A stretch of DNA of 50,856 nucleotides from Gammaproteobacteria bacterium RIFCSPLOWO2_02_FULL_57_10 (GTDB lineage: Bacteria > Pseudomonadota > Gammaproteobacteria > Pseudomonadales > Pseudohongiellaceae), in assembly GCA_001802565.1 (NCBI GenBank), contig MGYS01000016.1:86719-137574 (forward strand). Reading direction: 5' to 3'. Positions within the stretch are counted from its first letter, which is position 1. Each line of letters opens with the position of its first letter. This document shows, in pieces, positions 18,521-27,251 of this stretch. The notes below the pieces were generated by a model. The model made no database searches and had not been told where the DNA came from. It was given only the letters and a program-made list of their open reading frames with translations. A program made the position numbers and the translations under genes.

Positions 18521-19357
18521 TCAGCGCGGGTTGAGTGCTCGCTGCTGTTGCTGGTAGGTCGTGTCGTTGGAGTGCATCTGGTCTCGCAACTGCTCCAGTT
18601 GCACATTACCGGATCTGGAAATGTCGACGGCTGTCGAGCGCAATTCTCTCAGAAAGCGATCTATCGCCGGGCCGCCTATATCGGAATTCAGAATCTGTTG
18701 TTCGAGATCATCGGCCCGCGAAGCCATGAAGCCAATGGTCCGCGACGTGCGAGTCGTTGAGGTCTCCGGTGCGGCAAAGAACTCGTAGGTTGCATTTCTC
18801 TCCAGGATGCTGAAATCATGCGTCTCGATTTCCTCTCCGCAATCGATGAACTCACTGCGTTCCTGCAAAGGAGTGCAGTCGATCCATGCTTTATTGGTGG
18901 CCTGACGATCTGCAATCCCGTCGATGGTTTCGCGCAGTGATTGCGGCGTCAGCAATCGCAGAGTCGGGCGCTCCGGGTTCACTGGCGGTGTAGTTGGCGC
19001 AGGGGTGGATGAGGATTCGATGCGGGGCACATCGACCAGAGGCACCGGAACTGAGGGGGCGCGCTGAGGAGGGGGAGGGACATCCGTCACTCCCTGAGGC
19101 GTCGAAGTTGGCATTTCGACAATGGACGGCTCGATCTGCGGCGCTGAAGGGCGGATGCGCAGTTGAATGGCAATGCTTTCAGGTGGCGCAAGGGGTGAGT
19201 GAGTCTGGAAGCTGAACGATACTAGCGTCAGGAGCGCGAGAGCGTGCAAGGCGCCGCTGAGAAGCAGGGATCGCAGAAGTCCGGTATTCTGATCCGGTAG
19301 GCTCCCCTCCCTGTCAGGCGCGTCATCGATTGCCAGGTTCAAATCACCGATTACCAC
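18521..19357 (-). CDS. Membrane-anchored protein with proline-rich linker, unknown function
   Basis: The listed ORF (to 19549) reads through a REP pair. A GTG at 19357 downstream of the REP gives an N-terminal TM helix (LLRSLLLSGALHALALLTLVSF), a Pro-rich spacer, then a 150-aa domain with no family I recognise. The start is uncertain. Confidence 0.4.
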   Translation of the reverse strand: MVIGDLNLAIDDAPDREGSLPDQNTGLLRSLLLSGALHALALLTLVSFSFQTHSPLAPPESIAIQLRIRPSAPQIEPSIVEMPTSTPQGVTDVPPPPQRAPSVPVPLVDVPRIESSSTPAPTTPPVNPERPTLRLLTPQSLRETIDGIADRQATNKAWIDCTPLQERSEFIDCGEEIETHDFSILERNATYEFFAAPETSTTRTSRTIGFMASRADDLEQQILNSDIGGPAIDRFLRELRSTAVDISRSGNVQLEQLRDQMHSNDTTYQQQQRALNPR

Positions 19358-19383
19358 CTCACTGGCCGGGAGTTCACCTTGAT

Positions 19384-19452
19384 TGTGGGAGCGGGCCCTG
19401 CCCGCGATTGATTGCGTGCTCATGTTCATCGCGGGCAGGGCCCGCTCCCACA
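19384..19452. repeat. REP inverted pair
   Basis: tgtgggagcgggccctgcccgcgat ... atcgcgggcagggcccgctcccaca. Confidence 0.85.
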
Positions 19453-19571
19453 GGGATTCTTCCAGAGAGTTGATGCTTTGACTGTGAGGGGCAACAACGG
19501 TTCCCGTGGTGAACGCCCGTGTGCTAGCCTGACGCTCAACCCAGTCCATCAGTAATCAAGGAACTCCTGTG

Positions 19572-20129
19572 ATGACCACTATTCAAATTGCCGTCGTTGT
19601 CGGCAGCCTGCGCCGCGATTCCATCAATCGCAAACTCGCCACCGCGCTGGCGGCACTCGCACCAGCGGAATTCAGTTTCAAGCAGTTGTCGATCGCTGAT
19701 CTGCCGCTGTACAGCCAGGATGGAGAGATGATGCCAACAGCTGCAGTGCAGCAGTTCAAGTCCGATCTGGCAGCGGCGCAAGGCATTCTGCTTGTGACGC
19801 CGGAGTTCAATCGCTCCATTCCCGGCGCGCTGAAGAATGCGATCGACCATGGCTCGCGGCCCTACGGCAAGAACTCGTGGGCGGGGAAACCCACGGGCAT
19901 TATCGGCGCGTCGCCCGGCGCAATTGCCACGGCAGTGGCGCAGCAGCATCTGCGCACGATTCTCGCGCATCTGGATGTATTGACCATGGGACAACCGGAA
20001 GGTTTCGTGCAGATTCGTGACGGTTTCTTCGATGAGTCAGGTGGGTTTGCGAACGCGGACACGCGAAAATTTCTGCAGGGCTGGATGGATCGCTACGTCA
20101 CCTGGGTGAAGAAGCACCAGGCCGCTTAG
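19572..20129 (+). CDS. NADPH-dependent FMN reductase (ChrR/YieF-like)
   Basis: VGSLRRDSINRKL and LVTPEFNRSIPGALKNAIDHGSRP motifs. Confidence 0.8.
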   Translation: MTTIQIAVVVGSLRRDSINRKLATALAALAPAEFSFKQLSIADLPLYSQDGEMMPTAAVQQFKSDLAAAQGILLVTPEFNRSIPGALKNAIDHGSRPYGKNSWAGKPTGIIGASPGAIATAVAQQHLRTILAHLDVLTMGQPEGFVQIRDGFFDESGGFANADTRKFLQGWMDRYVTWVKKHQAA

Positions 20130-20725
20130 AGTTTCTGCCACACCAGAAGTTGATTGTTCGCGGGCATGGCATTGTCTTCCAGCAGCGTCAGGCCTGCGCT
20201 CTTCGCCAGTGCATTCACGGCTTCAAAATCCCGCACGCCGCTCAGCGGATTTCTGTTCTTCAGCCACACATCGAAGTTGGCATTGCTGGATGTAGTGAAC
20301 TCACCTCCATACTTGAACGGGCCGTAGACACAGAGAATGCCACCCGGCACCAGCACGTCGTTCATGTGTGAAAAGAAATCGACAACGGCGGTAGCAGGCA
20401 TGATGTGCAGGCTGTTGGCGCTGAACACATAGTCAATTTCCTCTACACCCCAATCTGATTGCGTGACGTCGAGAGCGATGGCGAGTGGCAGATTGATCAG
20501 GTCAGCTGCAGCGATGCGCAGGTTCAGCGAAGCGAAATTTTCGGGAATGTCCGAGCTTTGCCATTGCAGAAAGGGTAGGTGTGTTGCGAAATACTCCGCG
20601 TGCTGTCCCGTGCCTCCCGCGATCTCCAACACATTACCTGCGAGCGTGAAGTGGCGGATCAGCACGTCAAGAATTGGATCCTTGTTGTTCTCGCACGACT
20701 GACTGAACGGTAACGATGTGCTCAT
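20126..20725 (-). CDS. DUF938-family SAM-dependent methyltransferase-like protein
   Basis: SCENNKDPILDVL...VLEIAGGTGQHAEYFA is typical DUF938. Overlaps the yaaA stop as ATGA. Confidence 0.75.
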   Translation of the reverse strand: MSTSLPFSQSCENNKDPILDVLIRHFTLAGNVLEIAGGTGQHAEYFATHLPFLQWQSSDIPENFASLNLRIAAADLINLPLAIALDVTQSDWGVEEIDYVFSANSLHIMPATAVVDFFSHMNDVLVPGGILCVYGPFKYGGEFTTSSNANFDVWLKNRNPLSGVRDFEAVNALAKSAGLTLLEDNAMPANNQLLVWQKL

Positions 20726-21519
20726 GAATCTTCTCCGCTGGTCTTGCGCAGGAACACAGGAGAGTCGGGTGTCGAATCCTGTTCACTGTAACGATAACCT
20801 TCCACATCGAAGGAGGGCAGGTCCGCCGGTTTGTTGACGCGATTGCGAATGATCCAGGCGCTCATCAGGCCACGTGCCCGCTTGGCAAAGAAGCTGATGA
20901 GTTTATATTGCCCATCCTTGTAGTCCTTGAAGGCCGGGCTGACAACGTCGGCTGCAAGATGCTTTTCCTTGACCGCCTTGAAGTATTCATTGGACGCCAG
21001 ATTGACCAGCACCGGCTTTTTGCCGCCACGCAACGTTTCATTCAACTGCGCATTCAGCGCGTCCGTGATCTTCGTGCCCCAGAAATCGTAGAGCGAATGA
21101 GCGCCAGATGTCTTCCATGCAGTGCCCATCTCAAGACGGTAAGGCTGGATGAGATCGAGCGGACGCAAGAGTCCATAAAGCCCCGACAGGATGCGAAGAT
21201 GTTTCTGAGCAAACGTGATGTCATCAAGAGATAGCGCAGGAGCATTCAAACCGCCGTAAACATCGCCGTCGAACGCGAACAGCGCTTGCCGGGCGTTCTT
21301 GTTGTCGAAGGGCAGTTGCCAGTGGTTGAATCGTTCGCGATTGAGCTCTCCCAGCGTCGGACTGATGGACATCAGTGCCGAGACCTGTTGCGCTGACAAC
21401 TGCCGTAGACCATTGATCAGTTGTTGAGACTCTGCCAGAAAATCAGGTTGTGTGAATCTGCGGATCTTTACCGGCGTCTCGTAATCAAGGGACTTGGCTG
21501 GGGATATGACAACAAGCAT
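20722..21519 (-). CDS. yaaA: Peroxide stress protein YaaA (UPF0246)
   Basis: MLVVISPAKSLDYETP N-terminus and full-length family resemblance. The upstream 44 codons in the track were rejected. Confidence 0.85.
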   Translation of the reverse strand: MLVVISPAKSLDYETPVKIRRFTQPDFLAESQQLINGLRQLSAQQVSALMSISPTLGELNRERFNHWQLPFDNKNARQALFAFDGDVYGGLNAPALSLDDITFAQKHLRILSGLYGLLRPLDLIQPYRLEMGTAWKTSGAHSLYDFWGTKITDALNAQLNETLRGGKKPVLVNLASNEYFKAVKEKHLAADVVSPAFKDYKDGQYKLISFFAKRARGLMSAWIIRNRVNKPADLPSFDVEGYRYSEQDSTPDSPVFLRKTSGEDS

Positions 21520-21577
21520 GAAACTGCCTCTGGCGGAATGATGGGTGCGTGAATCAGTACGTGAATCGGGGCATGAA

Positions 21578-22120
21578 TCAGACTGGGGCAAGAAACTCCT
21601 GCCACCAGTCCAGCGGAGTGACGCCATCGGTCGGGTTGTACACATTGCCATAGTACCAGACCGTGCCGGGGAACTGTCCTGTCACTCTGTCCAGAATGAT
21701 CTCGATGGCTTGAAATCCGATCGACACGTGAATGCTGTAGACCAGCAGGCGTGGCGATTGCAGATCCAGTGATCCATCCATCAGCTCCAGCTCTGGCGTC
21801 AGAACCTGTGCCACTTCTTCCATGTTATCCTTGCGCAGCAAACGAATGCAGAGGTTGCCGCTGCGCTTGAGGATCTCGTAGCCAGTCTCGGTCTCGGCGG
21901 GATAGCGAATCTTGTCGCCCGCCGCAAGGCCTCTGATGAACGCAGGGGAATTGAGCAGGCGGTACTGCGCGCCAGGCACTTTCTTCGTGGTTGGAGTCGC
22001 CGGGTCGGGCTCCACCGGACTGACATTGATTTTCTCCATGACCGGTTCGCCGTCGGGGCGATAGCCGGCAATCAGGGAGAGCGTCATGGGGGGCGAGGCA
22101 GGTGCGTCTGACGTGGTCAT
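21578..22120 (-). CDS. DUF4265-like protein
   Basis: YRLLNSPAFIRGLAAGDKI...ILKRSGNLCIRLL resembles DUF4265. Internal ATG (MTTSDAP) chosen. Confidence 0.45.
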   Translation of the reverse strand: MTTSDAPASPPMTLSLIAGYRPDGEPVMEKINVSPVEPDPATPTTKKVPGAQYRLLNSPAFIRGLAAGDKIRYPAETETGYEILKRSGNLCIRLLRKDNMEEVAQVLTPELELMDGSLDLQSPRLLVYSIHVSIGFQAIEIILDRVTGQFPGTVWYYGNVYNPTDGVTPLDWWQEFLAPV

Positions 22121-22174
22121 TGTGAAATCCGTAGCGTATTCGGTGCGCAGCATTTTAACCTGCTTTGTGGCGCG

Positions 22175-22564
22175 ATGGTCAAAGAGGGACAACGAGTGAT
22201 ATTGGAGCGCCTGCAAGAGCTGGCCCGACGTTACATGAAAGCCAGGCCCTGGATGCTTGTTCTCGCTACGCTGAGTCTTGGCGCGGGGACGTGGATACTC
22301 ATGACGTCCGGCGATCAGGCTGATGACATCGCATTCATCCCAGTCATGTTGCTCTTCGCATGGGCCACAATGCTGCACTCCTTTCTCAATCTGTTTGCCC
22401 ACGTGCCTCCGCACGTCCAGCCTGGAGGAAAATTCGGGAATCGGCTCACTGCGCGTCTCAAGAGAGGCGCTTACTATCTGTTCGCAATCCTGATGGCGGT
22501 GGTCTCCCTGTTGTTGCTGGTGACGACATTGCAGATGTTGAGCGCATGGCGGGCGATGTATTGA
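22175..22564 (+). CDS. Three-TM membrane protein, unknown function
   Basis: Hydrophobic segments WMLVLATLSLGAGTWILM, IPVMLLFAWATMLHSFLNLF and YYLFAILMAVVSLLLLVTTL. Confidence 0.4.
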   Translation: MVKEGQRVILERLQELARRYMKARPWMLVLATLSLGAGTWILMTSGDQADDIAFIPVMLLFAWATMLHSFLNLFAHVPPHVQPGGKFGNRLTARLKRGAYYLFAILMAVVSLLLLVTTLQMLSAWRAMY

Positions 22565-22599
22565 AGTCCGGCAAGTGTGCTAACCTGAACCAAATTCCC

Positions 22600-22683
22600 T
22601 GTGGGAGCGAGCCTTGCTCGCGATTTGCGCGCCATGTTCAATTTCGTGCCGGCACACAATTCGCGAGCAGGCTCGCTCCCACA
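22600..22683. repeat. REP inverted pair
   Basis: tgtgggagcgagccttgctcgcgat ... attcgcgagcaggctcgctcccaca. Confidence 0.8.
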
Positions 22684-22706
22684 TACAAACCTTACGGAGG
22701 CCCTTC

Positions 22707-23138
22707 ATGGGTTTGAAAGTAGACGACTCGGATGTTGACCCGAAACCAGCAGGCGAGCTTGCATTGCAGACACTCGCCATGCCCAAGGACACGAATGCCA
22801 ATGGTGACATTTTTGGAGGGTGGCTGGTATCACAGATGGATCTGGCGGCAGGTATTGCCACGAAAAAGGTGACCAGAGGCCGCAGCGCCACAGTGGCCAT
22901 AAAGAACGTGGCTTTCCTCGCGCCGGTCAGCGTTGGCTCGATCATCAGTTGCTATGCCGAGATCGTCGAGATTGGTCGCAGCTCCATGCATATCAACATC
23001 GAAGTCTGGATTGCCAATTCCCTGACCCAGCACGGGCAGCGCAAGGTCGCCGAAGGCCTGTTCGTGTTTGTCGCCATCGATGATCTCGGACGCACGCGCC
23101 GCATTGACGTGAATGGCAGGCGCGAAGGCCCGGCCTGA
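22707..23138 (+). CDS. Acyl-CoA thioesterase, YciA-like hotdog fold
   Basis: MPKDTNANGDIFGGWLVSQMDLAAGI and SMHINIEVW are typical. GGAGG RBS. The ATG lies downstream of the REP. Confidence 0.8.
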   Translation: MGLKVDDSDVDPKPAGELALQTLAMPKDTNANGDIFGGWLVSQMDLAAGIATKKVTRGRSATVAIKNVAFLAPVSVGSIISCYAEIVEIGRSSMHINIEVWIANSLTQHGQRKVAEGLFVFVAIDDLGRTRRIDVNGRREGPA

Positions 23139-23181
23139 TTAATCCGGGACACGCACTTGCCACTGCATCAGAGGAATCACC

Positions 23182-23589
23182 ATGAGCATCGAGATTGGCA
23201 CAATCGGCAGGGCAGAACTCAAGGTTCTGAACAAGCATCTGGCGTCGGCATTGAGTCAGGAGGAAGGCGATGGCTTTCCCGATGTCTTTGCCACCGCGAG
23301 CATGATCGCGCTGATGGAGCTGGCTGCCTCGCGCGCACTGCATCCATTGTTGGCTGAAGGTGAACTCTCGGTGGGCGTGACGGTGGATGTCACGCATTCC
23401 GCTCCGACACCTGCAGGCGTGACCGTAGTGGCTGAAGGCATCTTCAAGGGCATGGAAGGCAAGCTCTACGTGTTCGATGTTGTGGCACGTGACCCCGGTG
23501 GCGAGATCGGCCGGGGTGTGCACAAGCGTGCGATCGTCTCGCGCGAACGTTTGCTGGCAGGTGCGGCGAAGCGCAATGTTCAAGAATGA
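23182..23589 (+). CDS. Hotdog-fold thioesterase (fluoroacetyl-CoA thioesterase-like family)
   Basis: VFATASMIALMELAASRAL...SVGVTVDVTHSAPTPAG...GRGVHKRAIV pattern. Confidence 0.65.
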   Translation: MSIEIGTIGRAELKVLNKHLASALSQEEGDGFPDVFATASMIALMELAASRALHPLLAEGELSVGVTVDVTHSAPTPAGVTVVAEGIFKGMEGKLYVFDVVARDPGGEIGRGVHKRAIVSRERLLAGAAKRNVQE

Positions 23590-23595
23590 ATGAGC

Positions 23596-24588
23596 TCAGG
23601 CCTGGGCCTGCACGTGCTCTCCCGGGTTTCCGATTTGGTTCCTGCCAAACTGTTCCCTGAAATGTCCGGGCGAGGATTGCAGCATCCTGCGGAAGTGATG
23701 CCGCATTGTCGTTGCATTATCGAAGCCGCACTTGCTTGCGATCACGTCCATGGGATGATTGCTGGATTCGAGCAAGCCTCTCGCCATCTGCACGCGCTGT
23801 CGCGTGAGCCAATCCTTCGGTGTCATCCCCAGTGATGCGCGAAAGCGTCTATCGAACGTGCGTCGTGCCATGCGCGCGCGCTGCGCAAGTTGATCGATGT
23901 CGATGGGCTTGTCGAGATTCGCCAGCGCCCAATCCAGCGCTGCTGCAAACTGATTCGGTTTCTCGATGATCGGCGTCTCGACGAACTGCGCCTGCCCACC
24001 GCTGCGATGCGCGGCGATCACCAGTCTTCTTGCCACCTGATTGGCAATCTCGTAACCGAAGTCGCCACGTATCACTTCTATTCCCAGATCGATTCCTGCT
24101 GCGCTGCCAGCAGAGCAGCCGATGCGTCCGTCGTACACATACAGCACATCATCCACATAGGATACTTGTGGGTATCGCGTCTTGAATTTCTCTGCGTAGC
24201 GCCAGTGTGTGGTGGCTTGACGTCCATCGAGCAGGCCCGCTTCGGCGAGGAGAAACGATCCTGAACAGAACGACAGCAGACGACCGCCTCTGGCATGCAA
24301 TGCATCCAGCTCACGTTGCAGTAGCGGTGGCACGGTCGGATCGGAGGAGGGCCAGCTGGGGATGACGACCATGTCGTAGTCATCCAGCGAGGTGATCACC
24401 CTGGGCAGGATCTGCATGCCACCGGTGACGGTCAACGGTCCTGCATCGAAGCTGACCACTTCCGTGCGATACCAGTTCCCGAACTCGGGACGGGGCAGAG
24501 CAAACAGCTCCACCGCACAGCCCAGCTCGAAGAGCGCAGTGTTGTCGTAACTGAGAATAGCGACTCGCTTGATAGGCTCGGTGGTCAT
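23596..24588 (-). CDS. GlxA-family transcriptional regulator (DJ-1/PfpI-like domain + AraC HTH)
   Basis: N-terminal VAILSYDNTALFELG...LSFCSGSFLLAEAGLLDGR and a C-terminal AraC-type double HTH (IASKCGFDNATTMRHHFRR). Confidence 0.85.
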   Translation of the reverse strand: MTTEPIKRVAILSYDNTALFELGCAVELFALPRPEFGNWYRTEVVSFDAGPLTVTGGMQILPRVITSLDDYDMVVIPSWPSSDPTVPPLLQRELDALHARGGRLLSFCSGSFLLAEAGLLDGRQATTHWRYAEKFKTRYPQVSYVDDVLYVYDGRIGCSAGSAAGIDLGIEVIRGDFGYEIANQVARRLVIAAHRSGGQAQFVETPIIEKPNQFAAALDWALANLDKPIDIDQLAQRARMARRTFDRRFRASLGMTPKDWLTRQRVQMARGLLESSNHPMDVIASKCGFDNATTMRHHFRRMLQSSPGHFREQFGRNQIGNPGEHVQAQA

Positions 24589-24724
24589 GGGGCAGTCCTG
24601 ATTTGAGCGGCTGAGGGTTGGCTTGATCTTGACGCAATCTGTCTTTCCGGCCAATTACGGCGTCGATTCTTCCCTGTAATACTGCTCCCTGTCAAATCCA
24701 CTTCCAGTTAACAGGAGCCTTACC

Positions 24725-25135
24725 ATGTCATCCGCCGTATCCAGACCAGAAGCCGCCAGCAGCAGTGACGCATTGGCCCATTTCGAATCCCTGCTGCGCT
24801 TTGAAACCGACTGCTGGGACGTTCACCATGCCCTGACCAATGGCCGTCAGGACTTCGTGCTGCTCGACGTGCGCGGCGAAGAGTCTTTCAAGAAGGCGCA
24901 TGTGGCCGGTGCCGTGAACATTCCCCACGCCCGTCTTTCCGTGGAGTCACTGGCGCAGTACCCCGCTGATACGCTTTTCGTCGTCTACTGCGCAGGGCCG
25001 CATTGCAACGCCACCGAGAAGGCGGCAATCAGACTTGCGAAACTGCATCGCCCGGTCAAGAAAATGATCGGCGGCGTCTGCGGCTGGCTCGATGAAGGCT
25101 TCACCCTGACCGGTTCCGAGGAGCAGAAGCAGTGA
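24725..25135 (+). CDS. Rhodanese-like domain protein
   Basis: LLDVRGEESFKKAHVAGAVNIP and active-site loop YCAGPHCNAT. Confidence 0.75.
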   Translation: MSSAVSRPEAASSSDALAHFESLLRFETDCWDVHHALTNGRQDFVLLDVRGEESFKKAHVAGAVNIPHARLSVESLAQYPADTLFVVYCAGPHCNATEKAAIRLAKLHRPVKKMIGGVCGWLDEGFTLTGSEEQKQ

Positions 25136-25623
25136 ACGGTGAACTGCGTATACGCTCAGCCCGACTGGACGATGTCGGACAACTGCTGGCGCTCATGCGG
25201 GCGCTGGCAGAGTTCGAGGGCTACATCACCGACTTCAAGGTGAGCGAGAGCGAGCTGCGACGCCGCTGCTTCGTCAATCAGGATTTTCATGTACTGGTCG
25301 CGGAGGTGGGTGAAGAACTGGTCGGGATGCTCGTGTACTACACGCAGCCCTTCACCTACGATCTCGCGCCGTGGTTTGTCATCAAAGAGCTGTTCGTGCG
25401 TGAATCCTCGCGCGGGCATGGGGCAGGCAGAAAGCTGATGAAGGAAGCGGCGCTGCGTTGCGTGGAGGAGGGTGGCAGCCGGTTGCGCTGGGAGGTACTG
25501 GTGGACAATCCGGCAGCGAAGAAATTCTACAGTTCACTCGGGGCGCAGGCCGATACGCAGTGGCAGACCTGGCAGCTGTCGCGCAGCAGGTTGGTGAATT
25601 TTGCGAACGCGAAGGATTGTTGA
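25132..25623 (+). CDS. GNAT-family N-acetyltransferase
   Basis: LFVRESSRGHGAGRKLMKEA acetyl-CoA motif. GTG start overlaps the rhodanese stop (GTGA). Confidence 0.8.
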   Translation: MNGELRIRSARLDDVGQLLALMRALAEFEGYITDFKVSESELRRRCFVNQDFHVLVAEVGEELVGMLVYYTQPFTYDLAPWFVIKELFVRESSRGHGAGRKLMKEAALRCVEEGGSRLRWEVLVDNPAAKKFYSSLGAQADTQWQTWQLSRSRLVNFANAKDC

Positions 25624-25647
25624 TCGCGGGCAGGGCCCGCTCCCACA
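25623..25647. repeat. Single REP unit
   Basis: atcgcgggcagggcccgctcccaca lies between convergent genes. Confidence 0.75.
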
Positions 25648-25654
25648 GAAATAG

Positions 25655-26443
25655 TCAGCGAAACCAGCCCATCTGTTCTGTGGTGACCAGCAATATTCCA
25701 TCGCGACTCCAGATCTTTCCCTGAGCACCGCACGTGGAGGACTGCGCCCGCGTGCCGACGGCTTCGATCAACACATAGTCGTCACCGAGTCTGCTGACTT
25801 CTTCTTCCGTGCCGTGGAAATAGATCGACATCGTGATCGTCGAGTACGGTGACGGCTCGGCGCGCATGCTCCAGGTCTTCGGTGGATAGTTGTCAGAGAG
25901 ATATGCGAGTTGCAGGTAATCCAGCGAGCGACCCGATATTTCCCGTACCCAGGCAACACTGCGAGTGTCAGGTTGATTGAAAGGCGTGCTACCTATCGCT
26001 GGGCGCACGAGACTGCGCTCGCCAAAGGTGCCAGGTGGATGCATTTTCGGCAGTGAATCCGGATGCGGTACGTCCGGCATGGCCACATCGACGAAAGAGA
26101 AACTCTCACGGCGTCGCGCGATCACGGCAGTGGCCGTCGCTGCAGGCCCCGGCACACCATCGACCTCCACTTCCGCGTGCCACACCGATAACGAGCGGCT
26201 GCTGTTGACGATGCGGGTTCTCACTGTCAGTGCGCTGCCCGGAGTGATCGCATGCAGAAAGTGGATGGTCAGCGCAGAGATGTTGCCCGCATCGACAGCG
26301 TCCTTCAGTATCGCGTTCAGCATGAGCGTCGCCGTCCAACCACCGTACATGCCCGACGTTGCCACGCGACGATGATCGGCATGACTACGCCATGCATTCG
26401 GGCCATGCGCGTGCAACTGGATTGACTCGTCGAATTCATTCAT
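25655..26443 (-). CDS. Acyl-CoA thioesterase, double-hotdog (TesB-like) family
   Basis: MYGGWTATLMLNAI in the N-terminal half plus a second hotdog-like half. The assignment rests on overall resemblance. Confidence 0.6.
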   Translation of the reverse strand: MNEFDESIQLHAHGPNAWRSHADHRRVATSGMYGGWTATLMLNAILKDAVDAGNISALTIHFLHAITPGSALTVRTRIVNSSRSLSVWHAEVEVDGVPGPAATATAVIARRRESFSFVDVAMPDVPHPDSLPKMHPPGTFGERSLVRPAIGSTPFNQPDTRSVAWVREISGRSLDYLQLAYLSDNYPPKTWSMRAEPSPYSTITMSIYFHGTEEEVSRLGDDYVLIEAVGTRAQSSTCGAQGKIWSRDGILLVTTEQMGWFR

Positions 26444-26467
26444 CGTGGCACCTTCTGATTTGCTGAT

Positions 26468-26887
26468 TCACTGCTCGTCGCCGACCTTGCCGCGCAACAC
26501 CTTGATCTTTCCATGCAGAACTTTTCCCTCCACGCGCTTTCTCTGCGAGGACTTCGTCGGTTTCGTCGGCGTGCGCGTTTTCTTCACGACGCTCGCGTCG
26601 CGAATCATTTCCTGCAGACGTCGCAGTGCGGCCTCGCGATTCTGTTCCTGCGTACGATGCTGCTGCGCCTTGATCACGATCACGCCTTCGCGCGTGATGC
26701 GACTGTCGCGCAGATTGAGCAGGCTGTGTTTGTAGAAGTAGGGCAGGGACGAGGCCTTGATATCGAAGCGCAAGTGAATCGCGGACGACACCTTGTTGAC
26801 GTTCTGTCCGCCCGCGCCCTGGGCACGGATCGCGGTCAGTTCGATCTCGTCGTCGGGGATGCCAACGTTCAGGGAAATCTCAAGCAT
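26468..26887 (-). CDS. arfB: Alternative ribosome-rescue factor ArfB (peptidyl-tRNA hydrolase, YaeJ)
   Basis: GGQ motif in RAQGAGGQNVNKVSSAIHLRF, plus the basic C-terminal tail KKTRTPTKPTKSSQRKR. Confidence 0.9.
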   Translation of the reverse strand: MLEISLNVGIPDDEIELTAIRAQGAGGQNVNKVSSAIHLRFDIKASSLPYFYKHSLLNLRDSRITREGVIVIKAQQHRTQEQNREAALRRLQEMIRDASVVKKTRTPTKPTKSSQRKRVEGKVLHGKIKVLRGKVGDEQ

Positions 26888-26943
26888 GTTTGCCAGTCCT
26901 GATAATGTTTCTGCGGCGCCCCTTCGATCTCCTGAAGATCAGC

Positions 26944-27177
26944 TCATAGCTTGTCATTGGCTTTCAGATCAACCAGAAGGGCTTCATAGCTGATGGTGGG
27001 TTCTGACACTCGCATCTCAAAGGCCGCAAGGTCCTCCTGATCTTCCGCAAGAGAGGCCCGCACCGCATCGTTCACAAGCTCGGACACGGAGCGGTTCGCA
27101 TGAGCCGCCTTCAGACGCAGCGCTGCATGCAGGGCGGAATCGAAATAGATGGTGGAGCGCTTGGGCTGATCATTCAT
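26944..27177 (-). CDS. Ribbon-helix-helix (CopG/RelB-like) antitoxin-type protein, no adjacent toxin
   Basis: STIYFDSALHAALRLKAAHANRSVSELVNDAV is a typical RHH strand-helix-helix. Only 56 nt separate it from arfB downstream. Confidence 0.6.
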   Translation of the reverse strand: MNDQPKRSTIYFDSALHAALRLKAAHANRSVSELVNDAVRASLAEDQEDLAAFEMRVSEPTISYEALLVDLKANDKL

Positions 27178-27251
27178 CGCGGGCCTCCTTGGTCACAGGA
27201 TTCACAGCCTAGCCTCATGACGTTATGACATCAAGACGCCATGAGCCCCAG

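Noticed and set aside
22993-23583. 196-aa minus-strand ORF
   Set aside because: It is antisense to the two tandem thioesterase genes and has no motifs.
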